A stretch of DNA of 46,915 nucleotides. Origin: a virus. The notes under the pieces were generated by a model. The model worked only from the letters and a program-made list of their open reading frames with translations, did no database searches and was not told the DNA's origin. Position 1 is the stretch's first letter; each line of letters begins with the position of its first letter. Location: positions 1 to 46,915 of IMG/VR virus record IMGVR_UViG_3300048913_000051, one strand, 5' to 3'. Made by a program: the position numbers and the translations under genes. Positions 17,434 to 26,682 of the stretch are shown in pieces.

Positions 17434-18140
17434 GGCGTAACCGCTCCCGGCGTTCCGTTTACGAATCTATCAAACATGCCCATCACCTTTTCCCCGACCG
17501 TTTGAAGTGTCTGCTGAATCCCGCCCGCATCTTCGACCGCACCATTAATCCTCGACAGGATTGAATCACTGACCGGCTTCGGCTGCTGTTCGCCCGCGTC
17601 TACCGGAGGCGCGTCCTCGGGGTTTTCGGTTTCCTTGGTTTCGTAGGTGACCTTGCCTTCGCGAACCTCTTCGAGATAGATGCTCGCCGCGATCATGCGC
17701 GCCCCATCCTGCGGCATGCGCGCATAGTCATAGCCTTTAATCGCCGCATTGAGATGGACGTATTCGGGCGTCACCACATGAAAAAGCAACGTCGAATTCG
17801 CCAGCAGTTCAAGCTGAGCAATAAACAGCCCGCGCATGGTCGCATCGCCACCGCCGCGGATCATCGTCACGGTCGCCTGATAGGGGTTCTGCACTTTGTT
17901 GTAGCTGGTGAAGGTGCCTTTCTCGACCGGTGCCTGAGATATCTGGCTGGCGTTCTGATACTTCACCGAATACACGGTATCCGCCAGCATGATTGGGATT
18001 CCGTACTGGTTGAATACTCCCCACTGATTGCCAAAAATCTTGCGGAGAAGGGTCGCGCCGCCGAAGCTGATTAGCGCGCCCGTGCCGGATGAAACGAGCC
18101 CTTTAAAGTCGGGAATACTTGGGAGCCCCGGAATCGTCAT
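17430..18140 (-). CDS. Tail/baseplate protein downstream of the tape measure
   Basis: ORF track. ATGA coupling to the TMP gene. Confidence 0.65.
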   Translation of the reverse strand: MTIPGLPSIPDFKGLVSSGTGALISFGGATLLRKIFGNQWGVFNQYGIPIMLADTVYSVKYQNASQISQAPVEKGTFTSYNKVQNPYQATVTMIRGGGDATMRGLFIAQLELLANSTLLFHVVTPEYVHLNAAIKGYDYARMPQDGARMIAASIYLEEVREGKVTYETKETENPEDAPPVDAGEQQPKPVSDSILSRINGAVEDAGGIQQTLQTVGEKVMGMFDRFVNGTPGAVTP

Positions 18141-20401
18141 AGCGTGCCACCCCCCAACTGGTTAATAAGTTCGCTGCTGCGCGCTACGCCAGCCGCCACA
18201 CCAGCCGCTGTAGCTTCTGGCAGGGTAGTAGCCGAGGTCTGCACGGTAACGCTGCCAATGGTAACTTGCGCGCCATTCTGATTGCTGGAAATGCCGCCAC
18301 CTGGCACGCCAGGGATTCCGGTCATTTGAATGGCTCTTTGTGCGCCCATCCAATCCTTTCCGTGCGCCTGGAACTGCGGAGATTCCACCGCCTCCTGGCG
18401 GCCGATCGTGCCGTCGCCGTTCGTATCCCACACCTTATTCAGTTCGTAGGCTTTCGAGCCCTTCTTGTAGCCGGACCCCGCCACAGCCTCGTAAGCCTCG
18501 CCGACCGTGTGAGTTCGACCATCAGAGAATCCCCGCTCTTGGAAGTAGCGCTTAACCACCTTCTCCATTTGGTCGTCAAAGCTCATCGAGCCCAATTCAT
18601 CTCGGGTGTGTCCGTAATACTTGCCGTCCGGGTCCGCCATCTTTTGAATGAGGCCGGTGGCCGAAGAGCTGGGGTTCCTGGCATTGGGGTCGAACGTGCC
18701 GCCCGTCTCAAACGAAATAATTTGCGCTAGATCGTTAGGATCTACCCCGATCTCTTTAGCGACCCTGGATATGGATGATGCATTTTCCGTGGAGAGCCCG
18801 CGATGCATGACGCCATTACTCGACGGCGAGGAATCTGGCGAGCCCACCCAGCCGGCCAGCTTGTTTTTCATCCAGCCGTAAGCCTCACGAGTCGCGCCAG
18901 AAATCGTACCTTCTTCTTTTGGGTCATGCCCCAGCATGGTGTCTACTGCGCCGCTCACATGACCAGCAACGGCGCCGCTCGCATCCAGCAGGGTTCCAGC
19001 CATTTGACCTGGGATCTTCTTTGCCAAATCTATCGCGTCGCCCCACCGGCCATCCATTACGGCGCCGATCAGATCAAGCATGGTTTTCATAGCGGGAACG
19101 GAATCGAAAATATCCTTGCCCAGCTGTTTGAAGGCATTAGCCAGGCCACGGATGGAGACGCCGTTTTCGTCAATGATGCCCTTTTCGTGCAGCCACTTTG
19201 AAAAGGCCTGCTGCGCATCGGTCAGCGAGTCGTAGCCGGTCAGCAGGCGGGCAAAGCCTTTGGCCAGGCTGTCCACGGATACGTTGGTGCCCTTGATGTA
19301 CTTGTCGAACTCCGACCAGTCGAACAGCGACTTACCGCCCTCGGACCAGGTTTTGTAGTCGTCGTACAGCAGGCCGAAGCCAGCGGCCAAAATGGCCACC
19401 ACGGCAGCAGTTCCAAGGATCGGTGCCACCAGCGCCAAGATGGCGATGCCAGCCTTGACCAGGGCCGGGATGAGTAGCACCGTCACCGCAATGGCGATGC
19501 CCTCAAAGAAGTTCCGCGCCGTGCGCTCGTTGCGCGCCAGGTAATCCATCCATCCCGACACCACTTTCGTGATCTTGAGCAGGACGGGAATCAGGGCGTT
19601 TGCCAGCATGGTTTTCAGGCCTTCCCACTGCGCCGACAGGAACGCCTGCGCCTTGCTCAGTTCGCGGCTGGCGGCAATATCCTCTTTGCTTGAGACGTAG
19701 GCCTTCTTTTGCATGTCGAGCATTTCTTGCATGGCATCACGACCCTGGATCAGGGCGTTGGCCATGCCGTCATCCAGCCCCATCGCCGATGCGATCGCAT
19801 AGGCCTGCTGCGGGTCCATCTTCGACAGCGAGTCGGACATGTCCAGCAACACGTCATTCATCTTGCGCACGTTGCCCGAGGCATCGACCACGCCGACGCC
19901 GAGCGCGCTGAAGAACGGGATCAGGGAGTCGTTGCCCATCAACACCATTTCCTGAATCCCTTGGTTCAGGCTTTTCATGGTGTTTTCGGCGGAGGCACCG
20001 GCACCGCCAAGGCCGGCGACAGCGGTATCCATGCCCTTGATGTCGCGGGCCGCCATGCCAAGACGCTTGGACATGAAGCCCAATTGATCGTTGGCGTTGG
20101 AAATGGCGGTCGTGAATTTGACGATGGCGTTAGAGCCGGCGAGCGCGCCGAGGAACGCAACGACGCGACCGGTGGCGGCAATCAGTGCCTGATTTTGCTT
20201 GCTTACGGCTTTGGTGGAGTCACCCACCTTATCGGCCATCTTATCGATGCCCTTGCCGGCATCCCGCGAGGCTTCCTCGGTGCCCTTGAGTGCAGACCGA
20301 AGGCGCTTTTCGATGTTCTCAGCTTGGCCGGCTTCAGATCGAAACTTATCTAGTTCGATCTCGATGCGCATGACCAGTTCGTCAACGGTTACCGAGCTCA
20401 T
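18137..20401 (-). CDS. Tape measure protein with C-terminal lysozyme/transglycosylase-like domain
   Basis: 754 aa with coiled-coil and TM-rich centre. ISFETGGTFDPNARNPSSSATGLIQ motif near the C-terminus. Confidence 0.9.
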   Translation of the reverse strand: MSSVTVDELVMRIEIELDKFRSEAGQAENIEKRLRSALKGTEEASRDAGKGIDKMADKVGDSTKAVSKQNQALIAATGRVVAFLGALAGSNAIVKFTTAISNANDQLGFMSKRLGMAARDIKGMDTAVAGLGGAGASAENTMKSLNQGIQEMVLMGNDSLIPFFSALGVGVVDASGNVRKMNDVLLDMSDSLSKMDPQQAYAIASAMGLDDGMANALIQGRDAMQEMLDMQKKAYVSSKEDIAASRELSKAQAFLSAQWEGLKTMLANALIPVLLKITKVVSGWMDYLARNERTARNFFEGIAIAVTVLLIPALVKAGIAILALVAPILGTAAVVAILAAGFGLLYDDYKTWSEGGKSLFDWSEFDKYIKGTNVSVDSLAKGFARLLTGYDSLTDAQQAFSKWLHEKGIIDENGVSIRGLANAFKQLGKDIFDSVPAMKTMLDLIGAVMDGRWGDAIDLAKKIPGQMAGTLLDASGAVAGHVSGAVDTMLGHDPKEEGTISGATREAYGWMKNKLAGWVGSPDSSPSSNGVMHRGLSTENASSISRVAKEIGVDPNDLAQIISFETGGTFDPNARNPSSSATGLIQKMADPDGKYYGHTRDELGSMSFDDQMEKVVKRYFQERGFSDGRTHTVGEAYEAVAGSGYKKGSKAYELNKVWDTNGDGTIGRQEAVESPQFQAHGKDWMGAQRAIQMTGIPGVPGGGISSNQNGAQVTIGSVTVQTSATTLPEATAAGVAAGVARSSELINQLGGGTL

Positions 20402-20636
20402 CCTGTAATTCCTTGATCAGTGCCTTGTTGTGCGCGGACACCTGATGAAATTCGATCATCGTTATGGCGTCTTCAAGCGTTAGGTGCGAGTCAAGCTCGG
20501 CGTAAGTGGCTAGGCCATTGTCGAGGACATAGTAGGCCTGGGCACTCAGGTTTACGCACCTTGCAAACGCCTCGGTGTTCAGAGGCATCTGCAACCCATC
20601 CGTTTCGATTACTGGGTAACGCCGGCCGTTAAAAAA
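20382..20636 (-). CDS. -1 frameshift extension of the tail assembly chaperone (gpGT-like)
   Basis: The -1 frame opens at the slippery T TTT TTA and reads NGRRYPVIETDGLQMPL..., ending just inside the TMP gene. Confidence 0.6.
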   Translation of the reverse strand, partial: FFNGRRYPVIETDGLQMPLNTEAFARCVNLSAQAYYVLDNGLATYAELDSHLTLEDAITMIEFHQVSAHNKALIKELQDELGNR

Positions 20637-21037
20637 TCGAGGTTGACCTTGATCGATTCGATTCGAAGCTTCCATAGCGTGGAAATACTGGTCACGTCGG
20701 TGTCGAGAATCAAAGGCCGTTCCGATCCATTGGGCAGGCGCAGGCGAACGTCTTGCAGCACTTCGTCAAGCAAGGCCTGAGCGGTGACATCATCGACGCC
20801 GCCCAATGCCTTCAGTGCCACGCTGACCACGCCCGCCATATCCAGCAGGCCGCGAAACACCAGCTTGCCGTTTTCGTCGGTCGTGGTCAGGCCGGAGATA
20901 TCAATCCCGCCCTTGCACAGCGACAGCGCTACACGGTTGGCCCAACGATCACCGCGAAGCAAGGGCATCTTCTTCACGATGAACGTCTTGCCGGCGTCCG
21001 TGCCGTCCTCGATGGTCACGTCCTTGGTCGTAATCAC
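20609..21037 (-). CDS. Tail assembly chaperone (gpG-like)
   Basis: GTG start at 21037 (GTGA overlap with the tube stop, AGGAG 8 nt upstream). Lies between tube and TMP. Confidence 0.7.
   Translation of the reverse strand: MITTKDVTIEDGTDAGKTFIVKKMPLLRGDRWANRVALSLCKGGIDISGLTTTDENGKLVFRGLLDMAGVVSVALKALGGVDDVTAQALLDEVLQDVRLRLPNGSERPLILDTDVTSISTLWKLRIESIKVNLDFLTAGVTQ
20630..20636 (-). promoter_or_regulatory. Slippery heptamer T_TTT_TTA for programmed -1 frameshift
   Basis: Minus-strand GAT TTT TTA ACG in the chaperone frame, 8 codons before its stop. Confidence 0.6.
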
Positions 21038-21483
21038 GAGATAGACTCCTCGCTGTTGATGACCATGTTGAACACGTACTGCGTGCCGTTGATGAGCTTC
21101 TGCGCGGACGGACCGCCACCTTGGCTGACCATGAAGCCGCTGGCTTGGATGCGACGGCCAATCGACGGGATGGTGATGTCCAGCGTGCAGAGACTGGTTT
21201 CCTGGTTGGCGTTGCACCAGGCGCGGTACTGCTCCATCTGCAAACGGCTGGCGCTGTTCGCTTCGAAGAACACCGTTACCGGCACTTCGTGAGCTACCCA
21301 GCCGCCCGACTGCTTGCCGTCCACGCCGATACGGGTTTCGCCCACGGTCGCATCACCGAAGCCAAATGCGTTATCGACCTGGAAGCCTTGAAGCTGAATC
21401 GCCTGGTCGTAGTAGCCCGCAGCGGTGAACATAACGACGCTGTTGGCGGCCGTGATGGTTCTCGGGTTTTGAGTCATGGTCAT
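21034..21483 (-). CDS. Tail tube protein
   Basis: 149 aa, immediately after the sheath gene. Confidence 0.8.
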   Translation of the reverse strand: MTMTQNPRTITAANSVVMFTAAGYYDQAIQLQGFQVDNAFGFGDATVGETRIGVDGKQSGGWVAHEVPVTVFFEANSASRLQMEQYRAWCNANQETSLCTLDITIPSIGRRIQASGFMVSQGGGPSAQKLINGTQYVFNMVINSEESIS

Positions 21484-21495
21484 GATGCGTGCCCC

Positions 21496-22968
21496 TTATT
21501 GGACGTTGATTGAGGCCATGTTCACGCTCTGCACCGACCCGCCGTCGGTGTACCAGAAGGTGAACGGGAACGAGCCGCGGTTGCCGCGAGTCTGCGCGTC
21601 AGGGGTTTGGATAACGATTGCCCAGCCCTTCGAAAGCAGCGACGGGATAACGTCGAAACCGGCCTGCGTGTTGATGATCGACTTCTGCTGATCGCTCAGA
21701 GCGGCAGGATCAATCAGCGGCACGATGGCGCCGAAGTTGATCATTTCCTTGATCGGGTCGGCAGCCGCTGACCGGTGAATCGCCTTGCCCGCTTCGTTGT
21801 ACGGGATGTAGCCGTAGCTAACCAGCATGGTCATCATTGCCAACTGGAACTGCGCATTCAGGTAGATCTGGTTTACATAGTTGTCCAGCCACTTGAACTG
21901 GCCCGACACGGCGCCATTGACGTTGAAGCGGAACTCGTCGTTGGCGGTCGCGAACTCGCCGTAGAAGGTGTAGCCGTTGCTCATCAGCGCGGTGTATTCG
22001 CCTTCATCCGTGATCGATGCCGCAATGCCCGCTTGCTTCATGAACATGATGTTGCGACGACCGTTGGTGCGCTTGAAGTCGATGGCCGCGATACCGCCAC
22101 AGACTGCCGCTACTTGCTCAATGGTGCCGTAGTACGGGGTCGTGCCGTTCTGCTCGGTATCTTCCAGCCACTTGCCGAAGCTGGCCTCGTTGTTGGCGAC
22201 CAGTGCTGTACTGTCGGTGTCTTGCGCGATGTAGGCGAATCGGCTGTTCTGCAGCGTCACCCAGGCGGCCATGGATTCTTTCTTGGCGCGCAGCTGTTCG
22301 GCGACGTGAGCAATCACACCAAAGTTCTGGGTTCTATTTAGGACGTAGGCCATCAACTCGGCGTCGGTCATGACGGCGCGGCCGTTTTCCTTTTGGGCGC
22401 CGGCCGCTTGATCGAGTTTGATGCCCAGGCCGACCACGCCAGAGCCGAAGCTGATATTGGCGGTAGCGCCGGTATCAACGGTGGTCAGCTCGAAACACTG
22501 CTGCTGCTCGTTGAAATCGCCGACGAAGTTGCTAACGTCGGTCAGCAGGGCGGCCGCTTCGGAGAAACTGGTGACCGCCGAGAAGTTGACCGGCACGGTG
22601 ATCGGCGAGCCGTCGATGGTCACGATCAGATCGCCGACAATGGCCTTGAGCTGGGTCAGCGTCATAGTGCGCACGCTGCCGCCGCGCAGGATAGCCGGCA
22701 TCGGTGCGGCAGGGTTTTCCACGGTGTAGATCGAGCCAGGAACTTTGAAGGCGCCGTCATAACCGAGGAAGTAGCGCTGCATGAACTTGTATTCAGGCGA
22801 GGTCAGGCCGTAGAAAGCGCCGCCCTCGGCAGCGCTGCCAAACTGCTGGACGCCGATAGTGCGTTCTGGGCCGCTCACAATGAGCATGGTGTTCATTGCC
22901 AGCGGATTGCCGCCAGTGCCGATGGCAGACGGGTTGATCGTGACAATGCGACTTGCCGGGATAGACAT
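21496..22968 (-). CDS. Contractile tail sheath protein (DUF3383-type)
   Basis: 490 aa. Position and overall similarity by eye. Confidence 0.85.
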   Translation of the reverse strand: MSIPASRIVTINPSAIGTGGNPLAMNTMLIVSGPERTIGVQQFGSAAEGGAFYGLTSPEYKFMQRYFLGYDGAFKVPGSIYTVENPAAPMPAILRGGSVRTMTLTQLKAIVGDLIVTIDGSPITVPVNFSAVTSFSEAAALLTDVSNFVGDFNEQQQCFELTTVDTGATANISFGSGVVGLGIKLDQAAGAQKENGRAVMTDAELMAYVLNRTQNFGVIAHVAEQLRAKKESMAAWVTLQNSRFAYIAQDTDSTALVANNEASFGKWLEDTEQNGTTPYYGTIEQVAAVCGGIAAIDFKRTNGRRNIMFMKQAGIAASITDEGEYTALMSNGYTFYGEFATANDEFRFNVNGAVSGQFKWLDNYVNQIYLNAQFQLAMMTMLVSYGYIPYNEAGKAIHRSAAADPIKEMINFGAIVPLIDPAALSDQQKSIINTQAGFDVIPSLLSKGWAIVIQTPDAQTRGNRGSFPFTFWYTDGGSVQSVNMASINVQ

Positions 22969-22969
22969 A

Positions 22970-23470
22970 TCAGACTCCTGATACTGGGATGATGGTCACA
23001 CCGGCGCTGTCGGTAAAATCCTGCGCGACGGTAACTTGGGGATTGTATTGCAGGCCGAGGTCAATGATCCAACGGTCTTCATACTGGTTTGAATCGTTGA
23101 CGTAAATGTGACGGTCGTGAGACTGCACATAGAGCGGCTGGCAGGTGGTAAGCAGGTCGCAGGTGTAGCCCGTGCGCCAGAGATTGGCCACGACCCGGCT
23201 ACGCGCTTCTGCGTTCACGCCGTAAAAGTCTATCTGCATCCTGACCTCTACCGAGTTTCTGATTGCTTCCTCGGTTGGCGGCAATTGAGTAACGACAGCG
23301 GTGTCCAGATTCTTGGAGAACAGCACCTGCATCACGACCGCATCATTGGGGAGAGGGTTGTTGTTCTGCGCCGCCTGGATGACCTGCTGTTCTGCGCCAG
23401 GGAACAGCCCCAGCAGGAAGGTGCGAACGTCCTTGTAAATCTCCTGCTGCGTTACGTTCAGGCTCGCCAT
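22970..23470 (-). CDS. Tail terminator/completion protein
   Basis: ATG at 23470 (MASLNVTQQ). Lies directly upstream of the sheath gene. Confidence 0.6.
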   Translation of the reverse strand: MASLNVTQQEIYKDVRTFLLGLFPGAEQQVIQAAQNNNPLPNDAVVMQVLFSKNLDTAVVTQLPPTEEAIRNSVEVRMQIDFYGVNAEARSRVVANLWRTGYTCDLLTTCQPLYVQSHDRHIYVNDSNQYEDRWIIDLGLQYNPQVTVAQDFTDSAGVTIIPVSGV

Positions 23471-23838
23471 GCGATCACCCGCGTCCACGTCGCATAGGAT
23501 TCAGCTACCTGATCGACCATCCACACGGCCGGGTCTTCCTCGCCATAGGCCGGGAAAATGAATTTCGACGATCCCTTCTGCAGCCAGCGACGTATCCCGG
23601 TAATGGTGCCGTAGGCGTAGATCGAGATGAACTGACCCTGCTTGTTCACCAGGTCGAGGTTGTACTTCTCTCTCGATGAGAGGGACTGCGTTTGCACCTC
23701 GATCTGCTCGGACAGGAACGACGGCACCTGATTGCCGTAATCGTCCACCGTAAACCCGGTATTCACCTCCAGGGTGACGACCTGATTCGGGTTTACGTTC
23801 TGCGTGGCCATGTTGGCCAGCCCGCGCACGTTGATCAT
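23458..23838 (-). CDS. Head-tail joining protein
   Basis: ORF track. Synteny. Confidence 0.65.
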   Translation of the reverse strand: MINVRGLANMATQNVNPNQVVTLEVNTGFTVDDYGNQVPSFLSEQIEVQTQSLSSREKYNLDLVNKQGQFISIYAYGTITGIRRWLQKGSSKFIFPAYGEEDPAVWMVDQVAESYATWTRVIAWRA

Positions 23839-24383
23839 TGCTCAATCTCGTAGGTGAAGGAGTTGCGCAGGAGCTTGTCATTGGCGCGCAAGGGGGCGTT
23901 ATAGCCTTTTGCCTTCTGCGTACTCTTGGCGTTCTCGGGATCGGTCCAGGTCATGACCGACTCTTTCAAGGCGTCAACCATGAACTCCCCGGCCGCCCGA
24001 ATGCCTAACTCCATGCCGCCTGCGCGAATAGCCCTGGCTATGGCTGCTTTCAGAGCATCCTTGTTGCTCGCAACGGCCGTCCTGAAGAACGGGCGAGACG
24101 GGATGTTCAGCTCATACGATGGCACGTCAACGATGCGCTCAAGGTTGGCCTTCTTGGCCTTCACGAAACGCCCGTCATTGCGCATCGACCCATCGGCATT
24201 GACCGAGTGGTAAATCGTCTGCTTGCGGCCTGGCACCATGCCCTTATAGCCGTATTCGTTGACATACCCGACATACGCCACAAGCTGGCCGTCGGGATAC
24301 GTCTTATCACCCATGATGCCGACCTTCAGGGCCGCATTAGGCCCTTTCCGGTACTTGTCCAGCATATCGGTTAGTTTGCTCAT
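23835..24383 (-). CDS. Head-tail connector (HK97 gp10-like position)
   Basis: ATGA-coupled ATG at 24383 (MSKLTDML). Confidence 0.65.
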   Translation of the reverse strand: MSKLTDMLDKYRKGPNAALKVGIMGDKTYPDGQLVAYVGYVNEYGYKGMVPGRKQTIYHSVNADGSMRNDGRFVKAKKANLERIVDVPSYELNIPSRPFFRTAVASNKDALKAAIARAIRAGGMELGIRAAGEFMVDALKESVMTWTDPENAKSTQKAKGYNAPLRANDKLLRNSFTYEIEQ

Positions 24384-24799
24384 TGCGTGTACGTCCGCTG
24401 CACAGGCATAGGCGCAATGCCCATGCGGTAGACGGCAGAGCGATAACGCTTGGTCAGCTGCCAGTACATCGCGCCCCATGGGGTCTGCAGATACCAGCGC
24501 TCGTTGTTGCCCATGGTGCCGTAGTCCAGCGATACCGACACGCTGCCCTCGGTGGCATTGGAGATACGGCCCACGACCGGATTGCCTTTCTCGGCCATGC
24601 CAGTCAGCGTGGCGATGTGCGCCACCAGCAGATAGAGCATCCGCTTGCGGGCGCCCAAGTCCTTGACGACGCTGCATTCGGTGTTATCGAGGAAGGTTTC
24701 CGCCATGGCGAAGTAGTCCTCAAGCTGCACGTCAGTGGCAGTGATTGAAGGGTACAGCGCCCGGAATTCAACCGGGTCGAAGACTACGACGTCATCCAT
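24380..24799 (-). CDS. Head-tail adaptor (DUF4054-like)
   Basis: N-terminus F..F...YP.... and an LVAHIATL block. Confidence 0.65.
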   Translation of the reverse strand: MDDVVVFDPVEFRALYPSITATDVQLEDYFAMAETFLDNTECSVVKDLGARKRMLYLLVAHIATLTGMAEKGNPVVGRISNATEGSVSVSLDYGTMGNNERWYLQTPWGAMYWQLTKRYRSAVYRMGIAPMPVQRTYTQ

Positions 24800-24801
24800 G
24801 G

Positions 24802-25137
24802 TTAAACGTCCGACTTGCCGAGTACGCCGGCCTTGTCAGTTTCCTTGATCTGCGGCAACTGCTCGAATCCGGAAGCCTGCTCTTTGTTGTCCTTGGCCTT
24901 GTCTTTGGCGCGCTTCTCCGATTCCTCGGCGAAGATGAAACCGTTAGTTACCAGCTTGGAGTCGGCGTGTTCTTTGCGCCAGGCTTCCCACAGGCTTGCC
25001 GGCACTTCGCGGGTGATGCCGTGCGACAGACCGGCAATTTCGTTGTTGTTCCAGCCGTTTATGCGCACGCGAGGCGAATCGCCAACTTGCATGTGGATAC
25101 CGTTTGGAAGTTTGCAGCCGATGGTTACAGTGCTCAT
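24802..25137 (-). CDS. Hypothetical head-associated protein (111 aa)
   Basis: ORF track. Follows the capsid gene. Confidence 0.65.
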   Translation of the reverse strand: MSTVTIGCKLPNGIHMQVGDSPRVRINGWNNNEIAGLSHGITREVPASLWEAWRKEHADSKLVTNGFIFAEESEKRAKDKAKDNKEQASGFEQLPQIKETDKAGVLGKSDV

Positions 25138-25184
25138 GCTTTCCCCTTGTCAGTGATGGCGAGGCCGAAGCCCCGCCGCACAGT

Positions 25185-26201
25185 TTAGATTGCCACCAGC
25201 GCGCTGGCTACCATGATCGGGCGATAGATGATCGTGCCCACGGTGCCCTGCGAGCGCTTTTGACGCCACGAGGACAGACCCAGCACCATCGGATGCACGC
25301 GCATCTTCTCGGTGAAGGTAGGCTCGACGGTATCCACGCCTTCGTAGTTCTTCACGATCAGCTTGATTGCCTCGCCCGCACCGGTAGACATCTCCGGCGC
25401 GGTCTGAACTTCCATGTTCGGGAAGTTCTTCTTGAGCTGATCGCTGACGTTCACGTTGTACTGGTTGGTACGGGTGAAGGTCGCTTCCGCCTGGGGCGAC
25501 AGGAGCAGGATCATCGGGGTTTCACGGTCGATCAGGCCGCCAGTCTGGCTGACCAATTCGCTGTACAGGCTAGCGATACCGGCATAGACCACATCGCCGC
25601 CAGCAGCAACCCAAGTCGGCAGAGTGATGCCAGCCAGCAACGACGGGTCGTTCAGGATGCCCCAGTTGCGCAGACCAGCGACACCGTTGAAGTAGGTCTT
25701 GTTCTGGAACTTGTTCAGGGTCAGCGCGGCAGAAATCTGCTTACGCGAAACCCAGTCCAGCTTGGCCGCACCAGCACGCTCTACTTCACGCTCGCCCAGC
25801 TCGATGATGGTCTGGTAGTAGTAGGTGTCGCGGGTTTCCCAGTTGACGTTGGTGCCGCTCATGCCGTTTTCGGAGAAGTCGTCGTAGGACGAGGTTTCGC
25901 CGGTCGATTCTGCGATTGGGAATTGCAGGAAGTCGTCAGTCCACGAACCTTTCTTCGTCTCGCCGAAGATCTGGCCAGCCTTCATCGGCTCAACCAGGAA
26001 CTCCACGACGCGAGGGTCCACGTAGGTGGTGAACAGCGACAGGATGCCGGCGTTGGGCGCGGTGAGCAGAGGCGCGGCGTCACCCACGGTGCCACGGATC
26101 TCGCGATTCAGGCGCGCTTTGTCGGCGTCGGTAAGCATGGTCGGCGCGATGCCGGTAGCGAACACAATGCCCGCGTTTTGCTGCAAATCATGCAAGTTCA
26201 T
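25185..26201 (-). CDS. Major capsid protein
   Basis: ATG at 26201 behind AAGGGGG. 338 aa. Position after the scaffold and decoration genes. Confidence 0.85.
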   Translation of the reverse strand: MNLHDLQQNAGIVFATGIAPTMLTDADKARLNREIRGTVGDAAPLLTAPNAGILSLFTTYVDPRVVEFLVEPMKAGQIFGETKKGSWTDDFLQFPIAESTGETSSYDDFSENGMSGTNVNWETRDTYYYQTIIELGEREVERAGAAKLDWVSRKQISAALTLNKFQNKTYFNGVAGLRNWGILNDPSLLAGITLPTWVAAGGDVVYAGIASLYSELVSQTGGLIDRETPMILLLSPQAEATFTRTNQYNVNVSDQLKKNFPNMEVQTAPEMSTGAGEAIKLIVKNYEGVDTVEPTFTEKMRVHPMVLGLSSWRQKRSQGTVGTIIYRPIMVASALVAI

Positions 26202-26211
26202 GCTTGCCCCC

Positions 26212-26679
26212 TTAGATCGAGAATCGAGTGATTTTGACGAGCGCGCCAGATTGAGCGGCCTCGGCAAATACGAAGTTGGTGACCTGGTTAGCGGTCACTA
26301 CGTCGGTGACGGCACCGGTAGCGGTGACGGCGTAAACCGGAGCGCCCACAGTGACTGCAGCCGGCGCGACCACGTAGAAGTCGCCATCAGTGAACAGCGC
26401 TACCTCCTTGCCTACCGGGATGACCATGCTTGCAGCGGCGCCAAGCGCAACGATGGCCTGGTTGTTGCGATGCACGAAGCCAACACGGCGACCAGAAGCG
26501 AACGCGGCGTACACCTTGCCGGTGGCCAGGTCTGCGTAGGCGAATTGACCAACGGTCAGCGCCTCAGCAGCAACCAGAGAGCCTTCGCCGGCCAGCATGG
26601 ACTTACGCGGGTTGGTCGAAGCGAAGTCACCCGCCACACCGCGAGGCAAATCACGATTGAGAGAACGTTGAAAGGTCAT
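26212..26679 (-). CDS. Head decoration/cement-like protein
   Basis: 155 aa, Gly/Ala/Val-rich, between the scaffold and capsid genes. Confidence 0.6.
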   Translation of the reverse strand: MTFQRSLNRDLPRGVAGDFASTNPRKSMLAGEGSLVAAEALTVGQFAYADLATGKVYAAFASGRRVGFVHRNNQAIVALGAAASMVIPVGKEVALFTDGDFYVVAPAAVTVGAPVYAVTATGAVTDVVTANQVTNFVFAEAAQSGALVKITRFSI

Positions 26680-26682
26680 GGC

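Noticed and set aside
23501-23881. 126-aa same-strand off-frame ORF (and 14950-15369, 12265-12690, 15385-15621).
   Set aside because: These are Arg/Pro/Trp-rich translations within well-supported structural genes. They illustrate the background level of chance off-frame ORFs, which is 150 aa or less.
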